NCBI GenBank assembly: GCA_965223265.1
Contig: OZ244999.1
Span: forward strand, 3,840,001 to 3,904,000
Direction: 5' to 3'
From: Planctomycetota bacterium
Lineage (GTDB): Bacteria; Planctomycetota; UBA8108; SXIK01
DNA length: 64,000 nucleotides
In this document: piece after piece, positions 39,488-48,931 of the stretch
How the letters are laid out: each line of letters starts with the position of its first letter
Position numbering within the stretch: position 1 is the stretch's first letter
The notes under the pieces: generated by a model
Databases searched by the model: none
Told to the model about the DNA's origin: nothing
Seen by the model: the letters and a program-made list of their open reading frames with translations, nothing else
Position numbers and translations under genes: made by a program

Positions 39488-39940
39488 ATGAAAAAGAAGG
39501 CTCGCAGCAAAAAAGCAAAAGCTGCCGCACCAAAGAAAACCAGAGCACCCGCTCCAGCCCGCGCCCCGACTTCAGGCGCTTGCCGTTTCGTCTGCAGCGA
39601 GTGCTACGCCGAATTCCTCCTGCCGGCGAACTTCTCGAAGGACACACTCACGTGCCCTGAGTGCCTACACGTAGGCAAGCGTCCAAAAGATGATTTCTTG
39701 CGCACGGTGCTGATCCACAAAGGCCAAGAGAAGAAATCGTTCGCTCTGACGGCGTTTTGCGGTGTCCTCTTTTTCGCCGTGTCGCTCTTCCTGGTGTGGA
39801 AGGTTTCACCCTACGCTGGCGAACAGGGCGCAGCCGATAACTTGCCCACGATTCTACTCGGCGTCTCCGCGGCGCTCCTCGTCGTCTTCCTCATCCTCCT
39901 GGCACGCTACGAAGGCAACCGCTGGGAGGTCTACTTCTGA
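39488..39940 (+). CDS. Small zinc-ribbon membrane protein
   Basis: Basic N-terminus, 'CSEC...CPEC', two C-terminal TM helices; SD GAGGGAG. Confidence 0.75.
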   Translation: MKKKARSKKAKAAAPKKTRAPAPARAPTSGACRFVCSECYAEFLLPANFSKDTLTCPECLHVGKRPKDDFLRTVLIHKGQEKKSFALTAFCGVLFFAVSLFLVWKVSPYAGEQGAADNLPTILLGVSAALLVVFLILLARYEGNRWEVYF

Positions 39941-39974
39941 GGTTGTCGAGTGGCCGCCGCCCGATCGGACGCGG

Positions 39975-41006
39975 TCAGCGCGCTGACGGCTTAAACGGCG
40001 GTCCGCTCCTGCCACGGCGAGGGGGACGCTCCCCTCGCCGACGGTGATGACCAGCGCGCCGCTCGCCATGCACCAGGTGACGGCACGCGCGCCGACGCTC
40101 ATGCGGCTTGAGCTCGGTCCATTTCTGCCACGCCGCTGGCGACAAAAACTCTGGCCTGTCGACACCGCCGGGTTCGACCAGCGACCAAATTCGTCGCGGC
40201 GCAAGCTGCTTCATACCTGCGAGCTCAGCGTCTGAGAACGTCCCTTCCAGCACCTGCATGGCCATATAACGCCGGATCCAGCGTCGCTGCTCATCTCGCG
40301 ACAAGCCGCGCACTTCCGCCGCCTTCTCCGGCGACAACGTGGCGAGGAGTCGCTCACGTCGCTCCTCGAGAAATTTCCGGATTTCGCCGCGCCGCTGACT
40401 TGGCGGCAGTCGTTCCACTCGGTCGCGCACTTCCGCCGGCAAACGGCGCCAAAGTCGGTGGCGGCGGGCGCCCTTGAGCACCTCACACCGACGCGGACGA
40501 TCGAAACGACGCAGGTGACGAAAGAGTTTTCGCCGCTCCTCCGGACCGAGCGACTGCAACCTTGCGAACAGCTGGCGGAGCCGCTGCCGCTTCGCTTCCG
40601 GCAGGCCTTTCCAACGCTGCCGCAGCTTGAGGAGCCGTTCCTCGTCGAGCGGCGCCGTGGGCTCGGAGTCGGCGCCCTCCGCTCCAGGGCGGTCAACGCG
40701 CTTCCGATCCGTATCGCCAGGCGGCGCCTTCCGCCGCCATCGCCCTTCTCGATCCCGAGCGCCACGCCCCGCCCGTCGATCGGAGCGCCCACGAGCCCTA
40801 CCTCGAGCGGTGTCCTCGCCCTCTGCTAAGTCGACCGCACGCTCAGGCTGCGAGGGCGACCGTGTCTCGTCGTCCGCCGTCGCCGGTCGCACGACCAGAA
40901 GCAGCACCAACGTGACGGCACACACCCCACAGCCGTGCCGCCGCCGAAACGGCAGCGCGAGCGCCGCATGCCAGCCCAGGTGAGTGAAACGGAGCGTCAA
41001 CTTCAT
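39975..41006 (-). CDS. Exported Arg-rich helical protein (DUF3106-like), third gene of the ECF operon
   Basis: Repeated 'W..LP.E.R..L' units; ATGA-coupled to the anti-sigma gene. Confidence 0.65.
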   Translation of the reverse strand: MKLTLRFTHLGWHAALALPFRRRHGCGVCAVTLVLLLVVRPATADDETRSPSQPERAVDLAEGEDTARGRARGRSDRRAGRGARDREGRWRRKAPPGDTDRKRVDRPGAEGADSEPTAPLDEERLLKLRQRWKGLPEAKRQRLRQLFARLQSLGPEERRKLFRHLRRFDRPRRCEVLKGARRHRLWRRLPAEVRDRVERLPPSQRRGEIRKFLEERRERLLATLSPEKAAEVRGLSRDEQRRWIRRYMAMQVLEGTFSDAELAGMKQLAPRRIWSLVEPGGVDRPEFLSPAAWQKWTELKPHERRRACRHLVHGERRAGHHRRRGERPPRRGRSGPPFKPSAR

Positions 41007-41539
41007 AGCTGCTCCAGAAGCTCCTCCTCCAGTGCCTCCTCCGGAACACTATCCTCCCAGCCGCCGTCCAAAAGTAGCTGCACAAGATCGCTGTCGAGCT
41101 CAACACCAACCGCGTCGATGTCCTCAAGAAGATCCAAATGGGAAAGTAGCTCGGTGTCGACCTTCTCGGAGTCGTCTCCCTTTGGCAGCACCACGTCTTG
41201 ACCCGCATCTTCCTTACTGAAGAAAAACCACGCCGTCACAGCGACGAGCGTCGCTGCCGCCAGTGCCAACACCCATCGGTGTGAGGTGACATCCGACGCC
41301 GCGGCTCGCTCTCGCACGCGCGCCGCGAGCGACCCGTCGAACGGGCGCGGCTCGACGTCGAGAACCTGAGCCAACCGCAGCGTGAGTGCCCGCTCGTGCT
41401 CCAGCTCGGCGCGGCAGGCTGGGCACGAGTCAATATGGCTGACGACGAGCTGCTGCTCCTGCACCGGAAGCTCTCCATCGACAAACGCAACCAAGTTCTC
41501 ACGAACGTCGTCGCATTGCATTCGACTCGCATCTACCAT
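41003..41539 (-). CDS. Zinc-binding anti-sigma factor (zf-HC2/ZAS)
   Basis: 'C.DVRENLVAFVDGEL...HIDSCPAC', single TM. Confidence 0.88.
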   Translation of the reverse strand: MVDASRMQCDDVRENLVAFVDGELPVQEQQLVVSHIDSCPACRAELEHERALTLRLAQVLDVEPRPFDGSLAARVRERAAASDVTSHRWVLALAAATLVAVTAWFFFSKEDAGQDVVLPKGDDSEKVDTELLSHLDLLEDIDAVGVELDSDLVQLLLDGGWEDSVPEEALEEELLEQL

Positions 41540-41612
41540 TCGACTCGCTCACCTTTCTTCAACGTCGCAACTTCCAGGTCAAGAGATGCCATCAAGGCGA
41601 CAGCAGAACGCT

Positions 41613-42275
41613 TCATGGACGTGGGCTCCTCTCAGCACCGCCGTGGCTCACCAACGTCGCTCGAAGCTTCTCGCGTGCACGAACGAGGAGCGACTTCACT
41701 GCTGACGGGGTTGTTTCCAGCACTTCCGCAATCTCGGCATAGGAGAGGTGCTCAGAGAACTGCAGCTCCAAGGCCGCACGCTGATTCGTCGGCAGCTCGG
41801 CAACCGCGCTTCGCAGCACTGCATTCAACTCATGACGCTCCAGCGCTTCGTGTGGCAGCTCTGCGCTGCGATCGGCGACGTTGCTTAAGAAGTCATTCGC
41901 CTCGTCGGGCGCCGAGTTTTGAGCGGGCACGTCCCGAATCACCCGGCGTCGGCGACGCTGGGAGCGCAGCTCGTTGAGAGCCAGGCGTCGTGCTATCGTC
42001 AAGAGCCACGTCGTGAACCTCGCCGTTGGCGTGTAGCTCTGCCGCGCGCGGTAGACTCGCAGAAACGTCTCCTGGACGAGATCGTCGGCACGGTCCGCGT
42101 CGCCGACGGTGCGCAGAACGAACTGAAAGACACTCGATTGGTAGGCTGCCACAATTTCGTCAAAGGCTCTTTCATCGCCATGCTGGAGCGCCTTCATCCA
42201 CGCGACGCCGGCGTCGGCCGGAGCCAGCTCTGCTGCGTCACCGCAGCTTGGACTCTCCGGATCAGATCGATTCAC
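41613..42275 (-). CDS. ECF RNA polymerase sigma-70 factor
   Basis: 'ADDLVQETFLRVY', 'FTTWLLTIARRLALN', 'LSYAEIAEVL...VKSLLVRAR'. Start uncertain (GTG 42275). Confidence 0.92.
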   Translation of the reverse strand: MNRSDPESPSCGDAAELAPADAGVAWMKALQHGDERAFDEIVAAYQSSVFQFVLRTVGDADRADDLVQETFLRVYRARQSYTPTARFTTWLLTIARRLALNELRSQRRRRRVIRDVPAQNSAPDEANDFLSNVADRSAELPHEALERHELNAVLRSAVAELPTNQRAALELQFSEHLSYAEIAEVLETTPSAVKSLLVRAREKLRATLVSHGGAERSPRP

Positions 42276-42543
42276 AGCGGTTCCTGAACGTGGCGCGATG
42301 TCTCTTGCATTGCCAATTCCTTGAACCCCGGTTCGCGGCGAGAGTTGCGGTCGTCCTGTCGGGCTGCACCTCTGCGCGCACAGTTTAAACAAAACTCTGA
42401 CATGGTGTTACAACATTCAACCAGCCTTCACTGGCACCGATATAGCGGTGCCGGTCGCTCCGTGGTAAGGTGCGGCAGCCATCGTTCGCTGCGTACGCTG
42501 CGGTCGCCGCCGCGAGACGCCGCACGCCACGGGAGGGCCCAAA

Positions 42544-44610
42544 GTGAGGTGGCTCAAGAGTCTCATCATTTGTACGCTTTTCTGCGCCGTGCTCGTAGCC
42601 GCCGCGGTGTGGCACTATTACTCGCCCGGACAGGCGCACAAACGCCTCCAGGCACACGCCAGCAGCCTCCTCGGCGTCCCGGTGCGCCTCCAGGGTTGCG
42701 AGAGCGGATTCCTACGCGGCGGAGTGAGGGTCGCTCGGCTCGACGTGCCAGCGTTCCCGATCGTCCGAAGCGGTACGCTCTTGACCTTGGAGAAACTTGC
42801 CCAGCGACACCCAGCTGATCTTTCGGCTCCGGCTGTGCGCCTGCGAATGGTCCTCGCTCCGACCGACGTGGAGCCACGGCGCTTCGACATTGCCCGCGCG
42901 GTGTTGCGTCTGGAGTATCAACCCCACCTGACGCACTCCAGCAGCGCTCGCGGGAGCTGGAATACCGTGCCGCTGGCCCACGCTGCCGCCGACCCCGTCG
43001 CCCTCGAGCGGAGCGGGTATTTTTCTGCCTTCGTCGACGAATGCTCGGTGAGTGTCGAGCGCTACGACGCCGATGGGTCTGTTGACTCTCTCGCCGTGCG
43101 TTTCGAAGATGTCGAAGTGAGCCGGACCAGCAATGGGCAAGTGTTGGCTGTGGGCGATCTCACCGAGGGGCCGCACTGGGTCGGTGGGGCACTCACTGTA
43201 CGCGTCGCCGCCGACGAATCGGTCGCCGTCTCCGGGCGGATCGATGATCTGCGGCTCGGTGACGAGCGTTGGGAACGCCTCGTGCCGATCTGGAGCGCGC
43301 TGACACACGGTCTGTCGCTCGACGGTACGGTGGATGTCGACCTCGACTCGCTGCGCCTGTCCGTCTCTGGCATCGAACAACTGGAGGCGACCCTGCGAAG
43401 CTACGGGGCGCACGTCACCCTTGGGCACGGCGATTTGCAGCTGCGAAACGTCCGCGGCTCTCTTAGTGTGACCGATCAAGGCGTCCGGAGCTTGGACGTA
43501 ACCACAAATGGGGTGACGGAACGTCAGGCACCGCTCGAGGCGGATCTCTGGGGTGTTCCGGTGCGCGTGAGCGGCGTCAGCGACGCGGGCTCGGCGCGTT
43601 GGGACATTGACCTTCCCGCCACGTCGCTGCAGGAAGCCACCCAGGCGACCCGGCCGACCTGGTCGACAACGCTCGCAGACGTCGAGAAAACCACCCGCGT
43701 CCTCGAACAGGCTCGAGCCGAGGGCGAGATCGCAGGGGGCATCAAGGCGGAGATTCGAGACGGCGCGGTCGACCGTTGGATCGCCGACTTTCTCGTCACG
43801 GTCAAGTCGTTCGGTGCCTGGCCTTGGCTCGAGAACGGACGCGCCATTGTGCAGTTGAAGTCGGTGCGTGGACACACGGAAGGCAGCCTCGACGTTCACT
43901 CGCTGACGTGGCGTGGGGTGGGGAGGCTGAGTGGCCAAGCGAGCGTCCAGGCAACGAAGGAACAGCTCACCTTGTCGATGCCGGAACTTCGCGTCTCAGA
44001 CGCGTCTGCCGAGCCACTGGTCGTCGGGCCGCGGGAGGCTACCGAACAGGACACGAGCGGTGGCAAGATTTTCGGTAGCGTGTCGTGGAACTGGGGGACA
44101 GGCATCAGTGCAGTGGATCTACGCTGGGTCAAGCTCGCGCTCGACAGCCCAGACGTTGCCATAGGTCGCTTGGATGGCGCGGTGTCGTCTGGGGCGAACG
44201 ACGCGATCACCGGACGTTTCGACCTCGCGGACGTGTCACTATCGACGCGGCTCTTTTCTTCGGCAGACGAGTCCGCCCCCGACAACACCCCGTGGGAGTT
44301 CGAGCGCGGCAGTGGTCAAGTGCGACTGCAAGAAGGTGAGATTCACCTGCTTGGACTCAAGATTCTGGGCGAGCGGCGCACCGTGAGACTGCGCGGCAAG
44401 CGCCACGTCTCCGGAGACCTCGACTGCGTCGTCGTTTTGTCGCCGGACGGCGGCGCAGCGTATCGCGACGACCGTCTGGACGCTGCCGCCGTCACCGAAT
44501 GGTGGAGGGCCGCCGGAGAGGGACGCCGTGCCTACCGGCTGACGGGCCGCATCGGCAGCTTGAAGACGCGCCAACTGGGGCCGGGCGAGCTCGCGTTCAT
44601 CAAACTGTAA
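42544..44610 (+). CDS. AsmA-like membrane-anchored beta-rich protein
   Basis: N-terminal TM followed by continuous amphipathic beta-strands; C-term 'YRLTGRIGSLK' resembles the AsmA-like end. Confidence 0.6.
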   Translation: MRWLKSLIICTLFCAVLVAAAVWHYYSPGQAHKRLQAHASSLLGVPVRLQGCESGFLRGGVRVARLDVPAFPIVRSGTLLTLEKLAQRHPADLSAPAVRLRMVLAPTDVEPRRFDIARAVLRLEYQPHLTHSSSARGSWNTVPLAHAAADPVALERSGYFSAFVDECSVSVERYDADGSVDSLAVRFEDVEVSRTSNGQVLAVGDLTEGPHWVGGALTVRVAADESVAVSGRIDDLRLGDERWERLVPIWSALTHGLSLDGTVDVDLDSLRLSVSGIEQLEATLRSYGAHVTLGHGDLQLRNVRGSLSVTDQGVRSLDVTTNGVTERQAPLEADLWGVPVRVSGVSDAGSARWDIDLPATSLQEATQATRPTWSTTLADVEKTTRVLEQARAEGEIAGGIKAEIRDGAVDRWIADFLVTVKSFGAWPWLENGRAIVQLKSVRGHTEGSLDVHSLTWRGVGRLSGQASVQATKEQLTLSMPELRVSDASAEPLVVGPREATEQDTSGGKIFGSVSWNWGTGISAVDLRWVKLALDSPDVAIGRLDGAVSSGANDAITGRFDLADVSLSTRLFSSADESAPDNTPWEFERGSGQVRLQEGEIHLLGLKILGERRTVRLRGKRHVSGDLDCVVVLSPDGGAAYRDDRLDAAAVTEWWRAAGEGRRAYRLTGRIGSLKTRQLGPGELAFIKL

Positions 44611-44637
44611 TCCCTGGCCGCAAGCGCCAGCGTGAAG

Positions 44638-44666
44638 TTGTCAATGCGGAGGGGCCTGGCTATAAT
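44638..44666 (+). promoter_or_regulatory. Sigma-70 promoter with GC-rich discriminator for the tRNA
   Basis: TTGTCA-17 bp-TATAAT-GCGCCC. Confidence 0.8.
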
Positions 44667-44843
44667 GCGCCCCCTCGCTTCAAGCCAGCGCTCGGATCAA
44701 CCGACAAAGGAGCTGGCGTTCGCACCTGGTGCTGTCGCAGCCAAGTGAAGACGCGAGCGCAAAAGAGAAAACCACGAGGCGGAAAGCACTCGGGAAACCA
44801 TTCGGATCGTCCCGAAGACTCTGAACAATACGGGGAACAATAC

Positions 44844-44919
44844 GGGCCTATAGCTCAGTTGGGAGAGCGCTGCGTTCGCAATGCAGAGGTCAAGGGTTCG
44901 AATCCCTTTAGGTCCACCA
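44844..44919 (+). tRNA. tRNA-Ala (anticodon CGC)
   Basis: 76-nt cloverleaf GGGCCTA...TAGGTCC-ACCA, G3:U70 pair, anticodon arm CTGCG-TTCGCAA-TGCAG, GGTTCGAATCC T-arm, encoded CCA. Confidence 0.97.
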
Positions 44920-44926
44920 AAAAACA

Positions 44927-44964
44927 CCCTCCGTGGCGTCCTCTGCGTCGCGGAGGGTTTTTTT
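44927..44964 (+). terminator. Intrinsic terminator after the tRNA
   Basis: ACCCTCCG...CGGAGGGT followed by a T-run. Confidence 0.85.
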
Positions 44965-45103
44965 ACGGCCTTTTGCTTCCTCGCCTGGCGTCCCGAGGGG
45001 CCAGACAGAGTTTTGGAGCAGGCGCCCAAGGGGCTTGGAACCTGGGCAAGTCCATACGGCGCGGCTGGCGCGAGATGAACACACTCGAGGCTAAGGTCGG
45101 AGC

Positions 45104-45469
45104 TCATTTGATGCGCACGACGCGCGCTCCATGAGTGAGTCGTTCGATGCTGACGCGGTAGCCATTCGCCACGAGAATCTCTCTGACGGTGTCACCGTCG
45201 GCAGCGTCGATCTTGACCGCGACTTCGATAACACGGTCGGCAAGACGAGAATCGATGATCACCTCGAGCCCAGTCCAGTGCTTCAGAAAGACACCGAAGT
45301 CTCTGAGCGGAATGCGCGCCGCCTCGATCACCACTTTTTCTGCAGTCCCGTTCTCTGGTAGCCGGGCTAGGGTCTCGGAGGACAGCCACTTGTGCGCCAA
45401 CGCAACGAGGGTGCCCGCAAGAAGCAACAACGCCAGAACGCCAAACGCGGTGGCCAAGTTTCGTTGCAT
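45104..45469 (-). CDS. Small membrane-anchored protein with secretin-N0/STN-like domain
   Basis: TM, then 'IPLRDFGVFLKHWTGLEVIID...VREILVANGY'; SD GAGGAG. Confidence 0.6.
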   Translation of the reverse strand: MQRNLATAFGVLALLLLAGTLVALAHKWLSSETLARLPENGTAEKVVIEAARIPLRDFGVFLKHWTGLEVIIDSRLADRVIEVAVKIDAADGDTVREILVANGYRVSIERLTHGARVVRIK

Positions 45470-45696
45470 TGTCTCCTCGTCGTCGAACTCGTTGACGTCG
45501 ATCGAACCGCCACGCCGCGACGCCAGCATGCTCTCGAGATCCTTGTCCCAGCGACCGAAGTGAACTGGGCCCCTTCGGCTCGACCGATAGAATGCCGTTT
45601 TTTGGCTGGCGTTGAGGTCTCACCGAGGCCCGTCGCCGATCACAGTGAAAGTCCGGCCAGTGCCACTCCCCACGAAGCTTCGAAAAACAGTGTACA

Positions 45697-46776
45697 ATGA
45701 AAGGTGCCTTGCGTCTCGGACTTGACACCGAGCGTCAGTCGAAACGCTCAACTGAAAGCCGCGAGGATTCCGTGCACGAGCTTCGCGCCATCCCCTCCGA
45801 ACCAAGCTCGAAGCCCTCCGCTGGCATGGGCCGGTGGGAGTTCGGCTTCGGTTGCCTCCTCGCCCCACTCGGCGCTGGCGTGTTTTTGCTGCTTCTCGCT
45901 CTTGCCCTTAAGAACGACTGGCCTTTGCCTCCACCGCTTCTGATCGGTGCGCTCTTCTTCGCTTGGATTTGGCTTCATCAATACAGCGGCATGCGGATCG
46001 GCCAAAGTTTCGACCGCATGCTTTCCGAGCCGCTCCGGGGTCACCACCCCCTTCGTCCCTCGAAATCGCTTGCCCGTCGGACGCCATGGCTGGAGCTCAT
46101 TGGCCTCTGCTTGGCGACGCTCTTCATGGTTTCCCTTCCCTTTCGGGAAGCAAACGGCTTCCTGATCGTCGCGTTTGCGGCGATCGCCACAGCCATCGTA
46201 CTGCACAGCAAGTCACGACGCAGCGACAACGAATCACAGCAAGAGTCGACGACGCCAAGACACCGAATGGCCGTGTTCTGCAAGGCCATCACAATCTGCA
46301 CATCGGTAGGACTCGCCACCGCATGCGGGCTGTTAGCGATCAGCGCGAGTATGAACGAGTCGCTTTCCGATGCGCTGGAGTCGCGTAACGGCGATCTGAC
46401 GCTTGCGCTTCGGAGCGTGGGACGCGGGATCGTGCGAACTTCGGGTTCAGAGGTCTACTTCGTCGACATCGGAATGTCTGCTCCGCTGCGATCGAAAGTC
46501 AGGGACGACGATTTGGCGGATATAGCCAAGCTTGAATCCCTCGAATTCCTACGGCTCGACCGATCGTACGTGACAGACGCTGGATTGCGTACCATCACTA
46601 TGTTTCCGGCGTTGAGGTTTCTTGACGTCAGCAGTACCGCGATCACCGATGACGGCCTCATCCACCTCAGGCAAATGAACCAACTCGAGCAACTCAATCT
46701 GACGAACACGCGAGTGACCGCACCGGGAATCCAAGAGCTGCGCAGCGCGCTACCGGATTGTCTGATCGTCTGGTAA
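45697..46776 (+). CDS. Multi-pass membrane protein with C-terminal leucine-rich repeats
   Basis: About five TM helices, then 'LEFLRLDRSYVTDAGL', 'LRFLDVSSTAITDDGL', 'LEQLNLTNTRVT..GI.EL..ALP.C.I'. Confidence 0.8.
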   Translation: MKGALRLGLDTERQSKRSTESREDSVHELRAIPSEPSSKPSAGMGRWEFGFGCLLAPLGAGVFLLLLALALKNDWPLPPPLLIGALFFAWIWLHQYSGMRIGQSFDRMLSEPLRGHHPLRPSKSLARRTPWLELIGLCLATLFMVSLPFREANGFLIVAFAAIATAIVLHSKSRRSDNESQQESTTPRHRMAVFCKAITICTSVGLATACGLLAISASMNESLSDALESRNGDLTLALRSVGRGIVRTSGSEVYFVDIGMSAPLRSKVRDDDLADIAKLESLEFLRLDRSYVTDAGLRTITMFPALRFLDVSSTAITDDGLIHLRQMNQLEQLNLTNTRVTAPGIQELRSALPDCLIVW

Positions 46777-46828
46777 CGCCTCAACTCATATGCTGGAACT
46801 CTCGCGGCGCCGATGTTGATCGCGCGGA

Positions 46829-48352
46829 TCACCCAGCAGCCTCGAACGCCGCCACAACTGCACGCTTCTGGATCTTCCCCAGCGCGGTGCGTGGGAGCGC
46901 GGCGACGACTCTAAGGCGCGTCGGGATCTTGTAGGGCGCCAAGTGAGCCTTGGCCCAAGCGCGCAGCGACTCAAGGTCGATGGCCTGCCCGGGCGCCAGC
47001 ACGATCGCCGCCGCAACGCGCTCACCCCACTCCTCGTCCTCGAGTCCGACCACGGCGCACTCGGCGATCGCCGCGTGACTCAAAAGCACCTCCTCGACCT
47101 CAAGCGCCGAGATTTTGTAGCCACCACTCTTGAGCATGTCTGTCGAACGACGGCCGAGGATGCGATAAGAACCGCTCTCGAGCAAGGCTTCGTCTCCGGT
47201 CTTGAACCAGCCGTCCGCGGTATAGGACGCCGCCGTCTCCGATGGTCGCTCCCAGTACTCGAGAAACATCGCTTGCCCGCGCACCTGAAGCTCGCCCGAT
47301 GCGCCGGCGCCGAGCGCACGCCCGCTGTCGTCGGCAACGCGCACGTCCATGCCCGGAAACGGCGCCCCCACACAGCCGCGCCGACGCTCGCCGTCGAGAG
47401 GGTTGGTGAGCGCCATGCCGATCTCCGTCATGCCGTAGCGCTCGAGGATCGTTTCGCCGGTGATCTCGCGCCAGCGCTCGAAGAGATTCGGTGAAAGCGC
47501 CGCCGAGCCCGAGACGACGAGACGCAGCCGAGCGGCCGCGGCGCTCATCCTGCGCTGGGCGTCTTCTGTGGATTCATCCCACACCTTGACGAGACGCGCG
47601 TAAACCGTTGGAACCGCCATGAACAGTGTCAACCCTGGCGGCGATTGCGTGAATCGACTCCAAATCCGCTCGGCAGTGGCGCCGGGAAGAAACTCGCACA
47701 GCGCGCCGCACGAAAGCGGTGTCAGCAGTAGGTTGAAAATGCCGTGGACGTGATGGAGCGGCAGCGTGTGCAGCACGTGGTCATCGCGCGTCCAGCCCCA
47801 GCTATCGATCATCGCCTGCACTTCTGCGGCCAACGCTTCGTGGGTCCACACGGCTCCCTTTGGTCTGCCGGTAGAACCGCTGGTGTAAACGAGAATAGCT
47901 CGCCGCCCCGGATCAACATCGGGCAGCGTCGCGTGAGCGCCGACGCCCAGGTCCGTACCAAGACGGACGCAGCGCAGCGGGCGCTCATCCGTGGCAAGTG
48001 ACACGACCCGCCCTTCGAACTCACTGTCGACGACGATCGTTCTCGCACCGGCGTCGTCAATGACGTGGGCCATTTCAGCTGCCGGGTGAGACGTCGCTAG
48101 CGGTACCGCAATCCCACCAGCTCGCCAGATTCCCCACTGAGCGACAACGTAGGCAGCGCCGGGCGCCACCAGCAGTGCCACGCGCTCCTCGCGGAGATCT
48201 TGACGCCCATCGAGGAGCCGAGCGGCCAGACTGGCCGAGGCATCTAGGAGCTCCGAGTAACGAACGTCGCAACTTCCTTCGGCCTTGATCTGCCGCAACG
48301 CCGGGCGCTCACCGAACGCGGCGGCTTTTTCGATGATCGCAATGGCACACAC
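46829..48352 (-). CDS. Acyl-CoA synthetase (malonyl-CoA synthetase MatB/ACSF3-like)
   Basis: 'YTSGSTGRPKG', 'LPLHHVHG', 'ERYGMTE', 'WFKTGD', 'KSGGYKISALEVE', 'LPRTALGKIQK'. Confidence 0.9.
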   Translation of the reverse strand: MCAIAIIEKAAAFGERPALRQIKAEGSCDVRYSELLDASASLAARLLDGRQDLREERVALLVAPGAAYVVAQWGIWRAGGIAVPLATSHPAAEMAHVIDDAGARTIVVDSEFEGRVVSLATDERPLRCVRLGTDLGVGAHATLPDVDPGRRAILVYTSGSTGRPKGAVWTHEALAAEVQAMIDSWGWTRDDHVLHTLPLHHVHGIFNLLLTPLSCGALCEFLPGATAERIWSRFTQSPPGLTLFMAVPTVYARLVKVWDESTEDAQRRMSAAAARLRLVVSGSAALSPNLFERWREITGETILERYGMTEIGMALTNPLDGERRRGCVGAPFPGMDVRVADDSGRALGAGASGELQVRGQAMFLEYWERPSETAASYTADGWFKTGDEALLESGSYRILGRRSTDMLKSGGYKISALEVEEVLLSHAAIAECAVVGLEDEEWGERVAAAIVLAPGQAIDLESLRAWAKAHLAPYKIPTRLRVVAALPRTALGKIQKRAVVAAFEAAG

Positions 48353-48437
48353 GGCTTCTCGACTCGTTCACCTCAGCAAGCGGGCAGACGGCAGATGTCC
48401 GAAGACGTCTCCGAATAGTGCCGCGATACAGTCGGTC

Positions 48438-48929
48438 TCAAGACCCGTGCGCGATCAAGGCGTAAAGCTGACGCGTCGTCGTGCCGTACGCCGTTTCGTA
48501 TTCGAGCCGCAGGTGGACAGGCAGCATCCGGTACGTCATCGAGCAATCATCGTTGTCCAAACCGCCGCGACCGTCAAGATCGAGAACCGGACCGAACCCG
48601 GCAGGGATCGCCAGTTCATTCACAAACGTCGCAATGCGGATGCGTGCGTCCTGGCCGTCGGCTCCTTGTAGCTGCGACACCAACACCTCGACCCCGTTGT
48701 AATTCTGATGCAGCGTGCGAAAGTCTTCGCGCTTCAGCAGCTCCAACACGTCCTCAAAAGCGACGCGCGCGGTATCGATTTCGCTCGACGCATTGGCACC
48801 GGCGGAATTGGTGTGCGCTAGAGCGAACACGCTCATGACACCGACAACGTACACGGCAACCGCAACAGCGAACTCGAGCAGAAGCGCGCCGGAGCGATTG
48901 TGGAGCGCGTCTCGTCTTATGGAGCGCAT
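48438..48929 (-). CDS. Minor pilin / pseudopilin (PilV-like)
   Basis: Class III signal 'RSG|ALLLE' followed by a hydrophobic helix. Confidence 0.72.
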   Translation of the reverse strand: MRSIRRDALHNRSGALLLEFAVAVAVYVVGVMSVFALAHTNSAGANASSEIDTARVAFEDVLELLKREDFRTLHQNYNGVEVLVSQLQGADGQDARIRIATFVNELAIPAGFGPVLDLDGRGGLDNDDCSMTYRMLPVHLRLEYETAYGTTTRQLYALIAHGS

Positions 48930-48931
48930 CG

